From Clostridia bacterium (GTDB lineage: Bacteria > Bacillota > Clostridia > Oscillospirales > QAKW01), in NCBI GenBank assembly GCA_017482195.1, contig JAFUNM010000046.1:1931-65930 (forward strand): 64,000 nucleotides of DNA, read 5' to 3'. Below, one piece after another: positions 1-8,193 of this stretch. The translations under genes and the position numbers were made by a program. A model generated the notes under the pieces. It was not told where the DNA came from and searched no databases. It saw only the letters and a program-made list of their open reading frames with translations. Within the stretch, counting starts at the first letter, position 1; every line of letters begins with the position of its first letter.

Positions 1-1
1 C

Positions 2-607
2 GATATCGATCTGGCTGAAAAGATCGCCGAGAAGCTCGGTAAAGAGTTGGTTATTGAGAATGTGGAATTCGGTTCCATCGTGACCGGTGTTCAGTCCGGC
101 AAGTATGATGTGGGTATCGCCGGCATGACTGTGACCGACGAGCGTAAGGAACAGGTAAACTTCTCTGATTCCTATGCGACCGGCGTACAGGTCGTTATCG
201 TAAAAGAAGGCTCTGCCATCACCGATCTGGATGCTCTGGGCGGCGCTGATGTTATGATCGGCGTTCAGCAGGACACCACCGGCCATATCTACGCCTCCGA
301 TACCGTTGAGAACGGCGGTTACGGCGAAGATCATGTGACCCCCTTCCTGAACGGTGCCGATGCCGTAAACGCTCTGGTTGCCGGCAGCGTAGACGCTGTG
401 ATCATCGACCAGGAGCCTGCAAAATCTTTCGTGGCTGCCAATGAAGGTTTGAAGATCCTGGAGGCCGAGTGGGCGGTTGAGGATTATGCCATCGCCATCA
501 ACAAGGATGACACCCAGCTGCTGGCCGACATCAACAAGGCTCTCTCCGAGCTGAAGGCTGACGGTACCATCGATGCAATCATTGCAGAGTACATCAAGGC
601 TGAGTAA
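2..607 (+). CDS. amino-acid ABC transporter substrate-binding protein (5' end upstream of window)
   Basis: The frame is open from the window edge (DIDLAEKIAEKLGKELVIENVEF...) to TAA 605-607. The sequence is periplasmic-binding-protein family-3 like. Cognate permease and ATPase genes follow. Confidence 0.85.
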   Translation, partial: DIDLAEKIAEKLGKELVIENVEFGSIVTGVQSGKYDVGIAGMTVTDERKEQVNFSDSYATGVQVVIVKEGSAITDLDALGGADVMIGVQQDTTGHIYASDTVENGGYGEDHVTPFLNGADAVNALVAGSVDAVIIDQEPAKSFVAANEGLKILEAEWAVEDYAIAINKDDTQLLADINKALSELKADGTIDAIIAEYIKAE

Positions 608-623
608 TCAAAATTGAATGAAT

Positions 624-654
624 CGGGGTGCCTTCCCGGCACCCCGGTTTTTTC
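624..654 (+). terminator. intrinsic terminator/attenuator inside the ABC operon
   Basis: Hairpin CGGGGTGCC-ttccc-GGCACCCCG (624-646) is followed by a T-run at 648-654. It lies between the binding-protein and permease genes. Confidence 0.7.
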
Positions 655-672
655 GTGAAAGAGGAACATATT

Positions 673-1428
673 TTGGAAAGTATTAAAACCTGGTTTGTGA
701 ATCTCTGGTCGGACTTCTCCGCCGATTTCTATACCAATTTCATCAAAAGCGATCGCTGGTACTCCCTGCTTAAGGGTCTGGGTTCCACGCTGCAGATCAC
801 CTTCTTTGCATTACTGATCGGTTTAATGCTGGGTATTATCGTGGCAGCGGTACGCTCCACCTACGACAAAAACAAAGAAACCATGAAAAAGCGGGGCGGT
901 ACCGGCTGGCATCTGCTGAACTTTTTCAACAGCGTTTGCAACATCTATCTAACGGTCATTCGCGGTACGCCGGTTACCGTGCAGCTGATGATCTTCTTCT
1001 TTATCATCTTCGCCGGTTCCCGTAACGGCATCATGGTCGCCACCATCGCTTTCGGCTTCAACTCCGGCGCCTATGTAGCGGAGATCTTCCGCAGCGGTAT
1101 CCTTTCGGTAGACAACGGTCAGTTTGAGGCCGGCCGCTCTTTAGGCTTTAACTATCTGCAAACCATGATCTATGTGATCATTCCGCAGGCCTTCAAAGCG
1201 GTATTGCCCACCCTTTGCAACGAGTTCATCGTTTTGCTCAAAGAAACCTCCATTGCCGGTTATGTGGGCGTTATCGACCTGACCAAAGCGGGCGATATCA
1301 TCCGCGGCAGAACCTTCTCCGCCTATATGCCCCTCATTGCAGTAGCGCTGGTCTACTTAGTAATGGTTATGATCCTCACCGCCCTGGTGCGGAGATTAGA
1401 GAGGAGGTTGCGTAAGAGTGAGCGATAA
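673..1428 (+). CDS. amino-acid ABC transporter permease
   Basis: The ORF-track ATG at 628 lies inside the terminator hairpin. In-frame TTG 673 is preceded by GAAAGAGGAA (657-666). The protein is polytopic with an EAA-type loop [22 protein letters not shown]. Confidence 0.85.
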   Translation: MESIKTWFVNLWSDFSADFYTNFIKSDRWYSLLKGLGSTLQITFFALLIGLMLGIIVAAVRSTYDKNKETMKKRGGTGWHLLNFFNSVCNIYLTVIRGTPVTVQLMIFFFIIFAGSRNGIMVATIAFGFNSGAYVAEIFRSGILSVDNGQFEAGRSLGFNYLQTMIYVIIPQAFKAVLPTLCNEFIVLLKETSIAGYVGVIDLTKAGDIIRGRTFSAYMPLIAVALVYLVMVMILTALVRRLERRLRKSER

Positions 1429-2158
1429 GATCATCGAAGTCATCGGCTTGAAAAAGCATTATAACGGCGGTGCCATCAAGGCCCTCAACGGTATTGATGT
1501 GACCATCGACCGCGGCGAAGTGGTTGTCGTCATCGGTCCTTCGGGCAGCGGTAAGTCTACGCTTCTGCGTTCTCTGAATCTTCTGGAGGATCCCACCGAG
1601 GGTCAGATCATCGTTGACGGCACCGATATTGCCGATAAAAAAGCCAATATCAATGTCCATCGGCAGAAGATGGGAATGGTATTCCAGCATTTCAATCTCT
1701 TCCCCCATATGACCATTCTGAGAAATATGACCATCGCCCCCATGAAGCTGAAAAAAATGCCCAAAGCCGAGGCGGAAGCTAAGGCGTTGGAGCTTTTGAA
1801 GCGAGTAGGGCTGGAGGATCGGGCCAATGCTTATCCCAGCCAGCTTTCCGGCGGTCAAAAGCAACGGGTAGCCATTGTGCGTGCCCTTTGCATGGATCCC
1901 GATGTGATGCTCTTTGATGAACCCACCTCGGCTTTGGATCCCGAAATGGTCGGCGAGGTTTTAGAGGTCATGAAAGAACTTGCCAAAGAAGGCATGACCA
2001 TGGTCGTAGTGACCCATGAAATGGGCTTTGCCAAGGAGGTCGCTGACCGGGTACTCTTTATTGATGAGGGTGTCATCCAGGAGCAGGGTACTCCCGATCA
2101 GATCTTCAACCATCCTCAAAACCTCAGAACCCAAAGCTTTTTATCAAAAGTACTTTAA
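1418..2158 (+). CDS. amino-acid ABC transporter ATP-binding protein
   Basis: Walker [10 protein letters not shown], signature LSGGQKQR and Walker [12 protein letters not shown] are present. The GTG start follows GAGGAGG and overlaps the permease stop. Confidence 0.95.
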   Translation: MSDKIIEVIGLKKHYNGGAIKALNGIDVTIDRGEVVVVIGPSGSGKSTLLRSLNLLEDPTEGQIIVDGTDIADKKANINVHRQKMGMVFQHFNLFPHMTILRNMTIAPMKLKKMPKAEAEAKALELLKRVGLEDRANAYPSQLSGGQKQRVAIVRALCMDPDVMLFDEPTSALDPEMVGEVLEVMKELAKEGMTMVVVTHEMGFAKEVADRVLFIDEGVIQEQGTPDQIFNHPQNLRTQSFLSKVL

Positions 2159-2239
2159 TATCAAAAGGCAGGTGTTTCTCACTTGCCTTTTTCTTTATTT
2201 AAAGGTATACTTATAATATCAAAGAAAAAGGAGTACTCC

Positions 2240-3256
2240 ATGAGATTTCTTGCAACTGCTGATCTTCATTTAAGCGATAAAAACGATCTGCCCCTTTTGG
2301 AGCGAATCCTCGGCTGTGCCCAAAAGCAGAACTGCGACGCCCTGCTCATCGGCGGGGATCTTATGAATTCTCCCTTCCCTACTCCGGAAACCGAAAGCGG
2401 AATGATCGCCCTTTTGTCTGCGTGGGGAAAGCCGATCTTTATAGTAGCGGGCAACCATGACCCGTTGGCGGTAACCGCCCTTTACCAAAAGTTCCCTTCT
2501 AATGTTACGGTCTTTCCAGAGGGGATGACCGCCTATACCTTGGACGAAAACTTCCGTCTTTATGGCTATTCAGCGCTCCGGGAGCAAAGCAAGCGCCGTC
2601 CCTTAGAGAACTTTTCGGTTCCGGCCGATGAAATTGCCCTGCTTTTAGGGCACAGTCATTTTGAAGGCACGGACTTTCAACCGGTTCGCCCTGAAGAGCT
2701 GGCAGCCAGCGGGTTGAAATTGGCGATACTGGGACACATTCATAAAGGAGAGCAGCGCCTGATCGGTGCCACCCGTCTTTTGGTGCCCGGCATCCCCGAG
2801 GGCCGGGGTTGGGACGAGACCGGGGAGAAATTTGTATATACCGTTGATATAAGCCCAGACGGCGCGGTGGTGATCGAACCCCATTCGGTAGCAGAGCGCC
2901 TTTACCGGCAAGTACGGGTGGATCTCACCGACTGCGCCGATACCAACGAGATGCTTTCCCGCATGGAGAATTTTCAGCCGGAGGCCAATACCGAGATCCG
3001 TTTAATCCTCACCGGAACTCCTTTGGAAAATCCCGACATTGCTGCACGGCTATACACCGAGAAATACGGCCGTGAGGTCATCAATGAAACCGAACCTGCC
3101 CTTTCCATGGAGATGCTGATGAAGCAAAATACCCTGCAGGGACATTTTGTACGCAAAGCCATGGAGGATATAACAAAAGCCTCTCCCGAAGAAAAGCCTG
3201 CCTTAGAAGACGCTTTGAAGCTGGGGCTTCGGGCGCTGAAGGAGGCAAGATTATGA
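2240..3256 (+). CDS. metallophosphoesterase, SbcD/YhaO-like DNA repair exonuclease
   Basis: Calcineurin-like motifs are present: ADLHL, GGDL, AGNHD, GHIH. ATG 2240 follows AAAAGGAG; the ORF-track start at 2183 is an unsupported extension. An ATGA overlap joins it to the next gene. Confidence 0.8.
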   Translation: MRFLATADLHLSDKNDLPLLERILGCAQKQNCDALLIGGDLMNSPFPTPETESGMIALLSAWGKPIFIVAGNHDPLAVTALYQKFPSNVTVFPEGMTAYTLDENFRLYGYSALREQSKRRPLENFSVPADEIALLLGHSHFEGTDFQPVRPEELAASGLKLAILGHIHKGEQRLIGATRLLVPGIPEGRGWDETGEKFVYTVDISPDGAVVIEPHSVAERLYRQVRVDLTDCADTNEMLSRMENFQPEANTEIRLILTGTPLENPDIAARLYTEKYGREVINETEPALSMEMLMKQNTLQGHFVRKAMEDITKASPEEKPALEDALKLGLRALKEARL

Positions 3257-5307
3257 GATTCCTTCAAATAAATGCCGCCTCTTTTGGTAAATTAAAGGAT
3301 TTTTCCTTAGAACCGAAGAGCGGTCTTAACCGCTACACCCATCCCAATGAATACGGCAAGACCACGCTGATCTATTTCATTTATTTCATGCTTTACGGGT
3401 ATGATGCCAAGCGGTTAAAATGCTACTTTCCCTGGAACGGCGAGCCGATGGCCGGTTCCCTCCTTTTCGAGCAAGGGGACAAGCGCTGGCGGATCGAGCG
3501 CCTCCATCCTCAAAAGGGCACCGAAAAACGTAAGATCTTCTGTCCCGACACCGGAGAGGAGCTGAACCTGCCGGCCAAAGAGCAACCGGGTCCCTATTTC
3601 CTGAACATCGACGGCGAGACCTTCCTGCGCACCTTTTGCATCACCCAGGGAGATTTGCTTTTTACCCGTACCGACGGACTGGATGTTGCCCTCAAAAACA
3701 TGGCCGCCACCGGTGACGAAAATGTTTCCTTCAGTCAGGCAGAGGCCTGGCTGAACAAGCAACACACCCGGTACATGTACCGCGGCAAAACCCAAGGCCC
3801 TCTTCTGGATCTAAAGAAGGAATGGGAGCAGGCCCGTCTGCGGCTGCAGGAGGTGCAGACGCTGGTCAACGACCGCATCCATGCCAAAGAGGAATGGGAT
3901 CGGCTGGAAAAGGAGCAGACCCTCAAAAATCGGGAACTGGCCGCTTGTCAGAACCGATTAAAAAAAGCGGCCGGAAGCGATGCTTTGAAAAAACTGCAGC
4001 AGCTTAAACAATTACGGGAGCAGGCGCCTGCAAAAGCACCGGCAATCGGACAAGAAGAATTAGCAGAGCTGGAGCAGGCTTTTTCCGTAGCAGACGCGGC
4101 CCGCAAAGAATATGAAGCGACGGCTGAAAAGACCAAACGATGCCAAACGCAATGGGAACTGCTGGGAGAAGCCTTAGAACACTTTGGATTCCATTCCATG
4201 ACCGCCGCCCAGATCGAACAATTGCAAAAGGGGTCAAAGGGCGTTAAAATCGTAGCTTTGACCACCGCCGCTGTCGGAATTATTCTTGCAGTAACAGGTG
4301 TAGTTTTACACCGTTTTCTTTTGATCATCGGTGCGCTCCTGATGGCAGCTGCTGTTATTCTGGTCTTTGCCGAAAAAGGAAAAAAAGACCGTATCTGCCG
4401 GATGAACGGTGCCATAAATGTCTCTCAACTATTGGAAAAATGGACGCAATATACCCAAGTGCAGCAGCAGCGGATACAGCAGGATCTTCTGCGCAAGGAG
4501 GCGGCCGAACAGGAAGCGGCGGCCCGTCAAAGAAATACTGCTGCCGCTGCACATTTGGAGCAACTAAAAGCCCGCTGCCGGATCCTCAATACCGAGGAAC
4601 TGAAAACGGCCCAAATTCAATGGGGCGTTTATCAACAAAGCCTGACCCGTAAGGACGGCCTGCAGGAGCAGCTGATCTTAGGGGGAAAGACGGAAGATGA
4701 ATTGCAGCAGCTGGCAGAAGGCGCCGACCTGATCTCCGAGACTGCCGAGCAGGTACAGCAGCTGATCAGCAGCATTGAGGAGCAGCTGCGTAAGCTGCAG
4801 CAGCAAAAGGATGCCCTCAACACCCACGATCTGGCTGCTCTCTGGGCAGAGCAGACCGCCCTTTTAAGCGGCATCTCCAAAAAGAAAAAGCAGATCATGC
4901 AATGGGAGCAGGAGCTTGCCGCAGTACAGCGCGCCCTCCTTTGGCTCAAAACCGCCAACGAAGAAATGAACACTCATTTTGCGCCCACACTTTGCACCCG
5001 GGCAGGCACCTATCTCCGCCTGCTGACCGATGGAAAATACGAAACCTTAACTCTGGACGAAAAATACGAGATCCAGCTGGTGACCAAAAACGGCACCCAT
5101 CCCCTCTCCGCCTTCTCTCAAGGCACAAGGGACGCGGTATACTTTGCCTTCCGGCTGGCGGTAGGAGATCTTTTAAGTGAAGTTCCCCTTCCAATGGTAC
5201 TGGACGACCCCTTTGTTAACTTAGATGAAGAGCGTAAAAATGCTGCCGAGAATCTTTTGGAGAAGGCGGCAAAACAGAACCAGATCCTCTATTTTACCTG
5301 TCGTTAA
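3253..5307 (+). CDS. AAA/SMC-like ATPase, YhaN/SbcC-like partner of the exonuclease
   Basis: There is an N-terminal P-loop NEYGKTT and a C-terminal Walker B PMVLDDPFVNLDEE. Long Q/E/L-rich coiled-coil stretches are interrupted by two hydrophobic helices (IVALTTAAVGIILAVTGVVL / LLIIGALLMAAAVILVFA). Confidence 0.75.
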   Translation: MRFLQINAASFGKLKDFSLEPKSGLNRYTHPNEYGKTTLIYFIYFMLYGYDAKRLKCYFPWNGEPMAGSLLFEQGDKRWRIERLHPQKGTEKRKIFCPDTGEELNLPAKEQPGPYFLNIDGETFLRTFCITQGDLLFTRTDGLDVALKNMAATGDENVSFSQAEAWLNKQHTRYMYRGKTQGPLLDLKKEWEQARLRLQEVQTLVNDRIHAKEEWDRLEKEQTLKNRELAACQNRLKKAAGSDALKKLQQLKQLREQAPAKAPAIGQEELAELEQAFSVADAARKEYEATAEKTKRCQTQWELLGEALEHFGFHSMTAAQIEQLQKGSKGVKIVALTTAAVGIILAVTGVVLHRFLLIIGALLMAAAVILVFAEKGKKDRICRMNGAINVSQLLEKWTQYTQVQQQRIQQDLLRKEAAEQEAAARQRNTAAAAHLEQLKARCRILNTEELKTAQIQWGVYQQSLTRKDGLQEQLILGGKTEDELQQLAEGADLISETAEQVQQLISSIEEQLRKLQQQKDALNTHDLAALWAEQTALLSGISKKKKQIMQWEQELAAVQRALLWLKTANEEMNTHFAPTLCTRAGTYLRLLTDGKYETLTLDEKYEIQLVTKNGTHPLSAFSQGTRDAVYFAFRLAVGDLLSEVPLPMVLDDPFVNLDEERKNAAENLLEKAAKQNQILYFTCR

Positions 5308-5393
5308 GAGTCTCTAATGAAAAAACTATTGTATTTTAAATAAAAATATAGTATACTAATGTTATCTATGGTTTAAAAGGAGGCGTTTTCGCT

Positions 5394-5741
5394 ATGACGA
5401 TCAACAACCATAACGGTACGATTAATATTACGGAAACTGTGTTTGCCAACATTGTGGGTAACGTTGCCAACTCCTGCTACGGCGTAGTGGGTATGGCTGC
5501 TAAATCCGCAAGCGACGGCATTGTTTCTCTTCTGAAAAAAGACCACTATGAAAAGGGTGTGAAGGTCCTGCCCGCAGAGGACGGCATTATTGTAGAGATG
5601 CACATTGTGGTGCTCTACGGTGTCAATCTGCCCGCTGTGACCCGCAGCATTTCCAAAGAAGTAAAATACATGGTAGAGCAGATGACCGGCTTTACCGTAA
5701 AGAAAGTCAATATCTTTATTGACGGTATGAAAGCAAACTAA
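5394..5741 (+). CDS. Asp23/Gls24 family alkaline-shock/envelope stress protein
   Basis: This 115-aa protein has typical family sequence (VFANIVGNVANSCYGVVGM ... VNIFIDG). An AAAGGAGG RBS is present. It lies immediately upstream of the DAK2 gene, as in many Firmicutes. Confidence 0.85.
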   Translation: MTINNHNGTINITETVFANIVGNVANSCYGVVGMAAKSASDGIVSLLKKDHYEKGVKVLPAEDGIIVEMHIVVLYGVNLPAVTRSISKEVKYMVEQMTGFTVKKVNIFIDGMKAN

Positions 5742-5753
5742 GGAGATACGATC

Positions 5754-7391
5754 ATGATAACCGGTAAGCAGTATTGCGATATGATCATCTCCGGATGTAA
5801 TCATATCAGCAATCAAAAAGCAGCCATTAATGCATTGAATGTATTCCCGGTTCCCGACGGGGACACCGGCACCAATATGACGCTGACCATTTCCGCTGCC
5901 GCCCGTGAGCTGAAGGCGTTGGGCGACTGCACCGTTGCCGAGGCTTCCGACCGGGCAGCCGGCGCTATGCTGAAGGGTGCCAGAGGAAACAGCGGCGTTA
6001 TTCTTTCCCTATTGTTCCGCGGCATTTCCAAAGGCTTTAAGGAAAAGGAAAATGCCACCGCCCAGGACTTTGCCGTCGCCATGGCAGAGGGCGTAAAGGC
6101 CGCCTATCGGGCGGTCATGAAGCCCACCGAGGGTACTGTACTTACCGTATCCCGGGTAGCAAGCGAAAACCTGGCTAAATATGTTGAAAAAGGCAATGTC
6201 ACCTTTGAAGAGGCATTGACCTATTTTGTGGAACAGGCCAACGAAGTATTGGCCCAGACCCCTGAGATGCTGCCCCAGTTGAAGCAGGCAGGCGTCGTGG
6301 ACGCCGGCGGCAAAGGCTTCTGTGTGGTCATGGAAGGTGCTCTTTCTGCTTTAAAGGGTCAGCCCATCGAGCCTCAGGAGGAGCAGCAGGCCTTTAATAT
6401 CGACGATCCCATTGTCGATGAGATGGCCATGAGCGAAGAGGACATTAAGTTCACCTACTGTACCGAATATATTGTTACAGTAGACGAGACTGCCAAGAAG
6501 GATAATCCTGCCGAACTGCGTTCTTATCTGGAGTCTATCGGTGACAGCGTAGTTTGCGTACCGGACAATGACATTATCAAGGTTCATGTCCATACCAACC
6601 ATCCCGGCCGGGCCATTGAAGAGGCGCTGCGTTACGGTTCTTTGGTCAATTTGAAGATCGACAATATGAAGGAAGAGTTCCGCGAGCGGCAGAAGAATCA
6701 GCCCGCTGAACCCGCTTTCGCAGCACCCACTAAGAAATACGGTTTTGTATCGGTGGTAGCCGGTGAAGGCTTAGCTGCTCTTTATAAGGATTTAGGCGTG
6801 GATACGGTTGTGGAAGGCGGTCAGACCATGAACCCCTCCACCGAGGATATCCTCTCTGCAGTCAACAAAACCCCCGCCGAGATCGTTTTCGTATTACCCA
6901 ACAATAAGAACATTATCATGGCCGCCGAAGCTGCTAAAGAGCTCTCCAAGGAAAAACAGGTGGTGGTGATCCCCTCCAAGACCGTGCCCCAGGGCGTAAC
7001 TGCCATGCTGGGCTTTGATGAAAGCATGAGCCCCGAGGAGATCGAGGCCGCCATGACCGAGCAGCTTTCCATGGTGCAGACCGCCCAGGTCACCTATGCA
7101 GCAAGGGATTCCGTTTTCGATGATCATGAGATCAAAGAGGGTCAGCTGCTGGGTCTGATGGAGACCAAGGTCACCTTTGTAGAAGACAAAATGGAGGATG
7201 TGGTCCGTAAGCTCTTTGAGCAGATGGCAGAAAAGGGCGGAAGCTATGTTAATGTCTATTACGGCACCGACGTGACCGAAGAGGCCGCCAATGCCATTGC
7301 AGCGCAGATCCAGGAGCAGATGCCGGACGCTGAGGTCATCTGTCTTTATGGCGGGCAACCGGTTTATCACTATATATTTAGTGTAGAGTAA
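5754..7391 (+). CDS. DAK2 domain fusion protein (YloV-like)
   Basis: The N-terminal DhaL/DAK2 motif NVFPVPDGDTGTNM is present. The 545 aa length and the Asp23-YloV gene pair arrangement fit the family. Confidence 0.9.
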   Translation: MITGKQYCDMIISGCNHISNQKAAINALNVFPVPDGDTGTNMTLTISAAARELKALGDCTVAEASDRAAGAMLKGARGNSGVILSLLFRGISKGFKEKENATAQDFAVAMAEGVKAAYRAVMKPTEGTVLTVSRVASENLAKYVEKGNVTFEEALTYFVEQANEVLAQTPEMLPQLKQAGVVDAGGKGFCVVMEGALSALKGQPIEPQEEQQAFNIDDPIVDEMAMSEEDIKFTYCTEYIVTVDETAKKDNPAELRSYLESIGDSVVCVPDNDIIKVHVHTNHPGRAIEEALRYGSLVNLKIDNMKEEFRERQKNQPAEPAFAAPTKKYGFVSVVAGEGLAALYKDLGVDTVVEGGQTMNPSTEDILSAVNKTPAEIVFVLPNNKNIIMAAEAAKELSKEKQVVVIPSKTVPQGVTAMLGFDESMSPEEIEAAMTEQLSMVQTAQVTYAARDSVFDDHEIKEGQLLGLMETKVTFVEDKMEDVVRKLFEQMAEKGGSYVNVYYGTDVTEEAANAIAAQIQEQMPDAEVICLYGGQPVYHYIFSVE

Positions 7392-7428
7392 GCTCGATGA
7401 AAAGGGCGCAGATCCCTGAGAATAAGGA

Positions 7429-7487
7429 AAAGACCACCGAAAGGGCAGTCCTTCGCAAGGACTGCCCAATTCGGTGGTCTTTCTTTT
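7429..7487 (+). terminator. intrinsic terminator (nested hairpins)
   Basis: Outer stem AAAGACCACCGA/TCGGTGGTCTTT encloses inner stem GGGCAGTCCT-tcgc-AAGGACTGCCC. A T-rich tail follows. Confidence 0.75.
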
Positions 7488-7537
7488 ATGGCTTCACTGT
7501 TTCCTTTTTGAGCGATCTAAGCCAGTAAAGTATAATT

Positions 7538-7747
7538 TTATTTTAATTGATCTGTGATTCCTAATATATAATCGGCAGATACATTCCAATGCTCGCATAG
7601 CAATTTGATCCTGCTGGCCGGAATCTCATTTTTTGCGCGTTCATAATCACTGTAAGCCTGCTGGGTCGTACCCAATAACTCGGCGATCATCGCCTGGCTC
7701 TCCCCCTTTTTCTTCCGGATCTCTCGTATTCTTTCATGATATAGCAT
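7538..7747 (-). CDS. small XRE-family HTH regulator (cassette 1)
   Basis: This is a 69-aa single HTH_XRE domain, MLYHERIREIRKKKGESQAMIAELLGTTQQAYSDYERAKNEIP...NVSADYILG. The ATG at 7747 follows GGAGGTG; the ORF-track start at 7795 is unsupported. Confidence 0.85.
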   Translation of the reverse strand: MLYHERIREIRKKKGESQAMIAELLGTTQQAYSDYERAKNEIPASRIKLLCEHWNVSADYILGITDQLK

Positions 7748-7788
7748 GGTATCACCTCCGCCTTTCATTTTAAATAAAATTTTATGTA

Positions 7789-7841
7789 TTGACAAACACG
7801 AAATATCATGTATAATATAATTACACGAATTATCATGTATA
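7789..7841 (+). promoter_or_regulatory. sigma-A type promoter with two 19-nt direct repeats (candidate operators)
   Basis: TTGACA is at 7789-7794 and TATAAT at 7811-7816. ACACGAAATATCATGTATA (7796-7814) is repeated as ACACGAATTATCATGTATA (7823-7841). Confidence 0.6.
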
Positions 7842-7855
7842 GCGAGGAGGTTATT

Positions 7856-8125
7856 ATGATGAACACACTTAAAGAATTATGGCATGGCAATCTTCATCCA
7901 CAGGAGCAACGAAGAGAACAACGCCCGGAAATTCAAGAACTTCTTCAGCTGAGCGAGATCAACCGAAATCGCCTTTATGAAACACTCTCCGATCAGCAAA
8001 AAGAAACATTCGAAAAATATGTTGATTGCCTTGATGAACTTTCCTGCCTCACTGAATCAGAACTCTTTATCCAAGCCTTTCGATTGGGAGGAAAGATCAT
8101 GTTGGAAACATTGAGCAGCAATTAG
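7856..8125 (+). CDS. small alpha-helical partner protein of XRE cassette 1 (unknown function)
   Basis: The 89-aa ORF starts at ATG 7856 after GAGGAGG. Its sequence is MMNTLKELWHGNLHPQE...ELFIQAFRLGGKIMLETL. It is divergent from the XRE gene. It resembles a small Clostridia-restricted family (possibly DUF6809; from memory, unverified). Confidence 0.55.
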   Translation: MMNTLKELWHGNLHPQEQRREQRPEIQELLQLSEINRNRLYETLSDQQKETFEKYVDCLDELSCLTESELFIQAFRLGGKIMLETLSSN

Positions 8126-8133
8126 TTTCACTC

Positions 8134-8167
8134 AAAAAAGATCCCCGATTACTCGGGGATCTTTTTC
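8134..8167. terminator. bidirectional intrinsic terminator
   Basis: Hairpin AAGATCCCCG-attact-CGGGGATCTT is flanked by an A-run and a T-run. It lies between convergent genes. Confidence 0.75.
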
Positions 8168-8193
8168 CTTATTCTTGGCGGTCTGCGCCGTTT

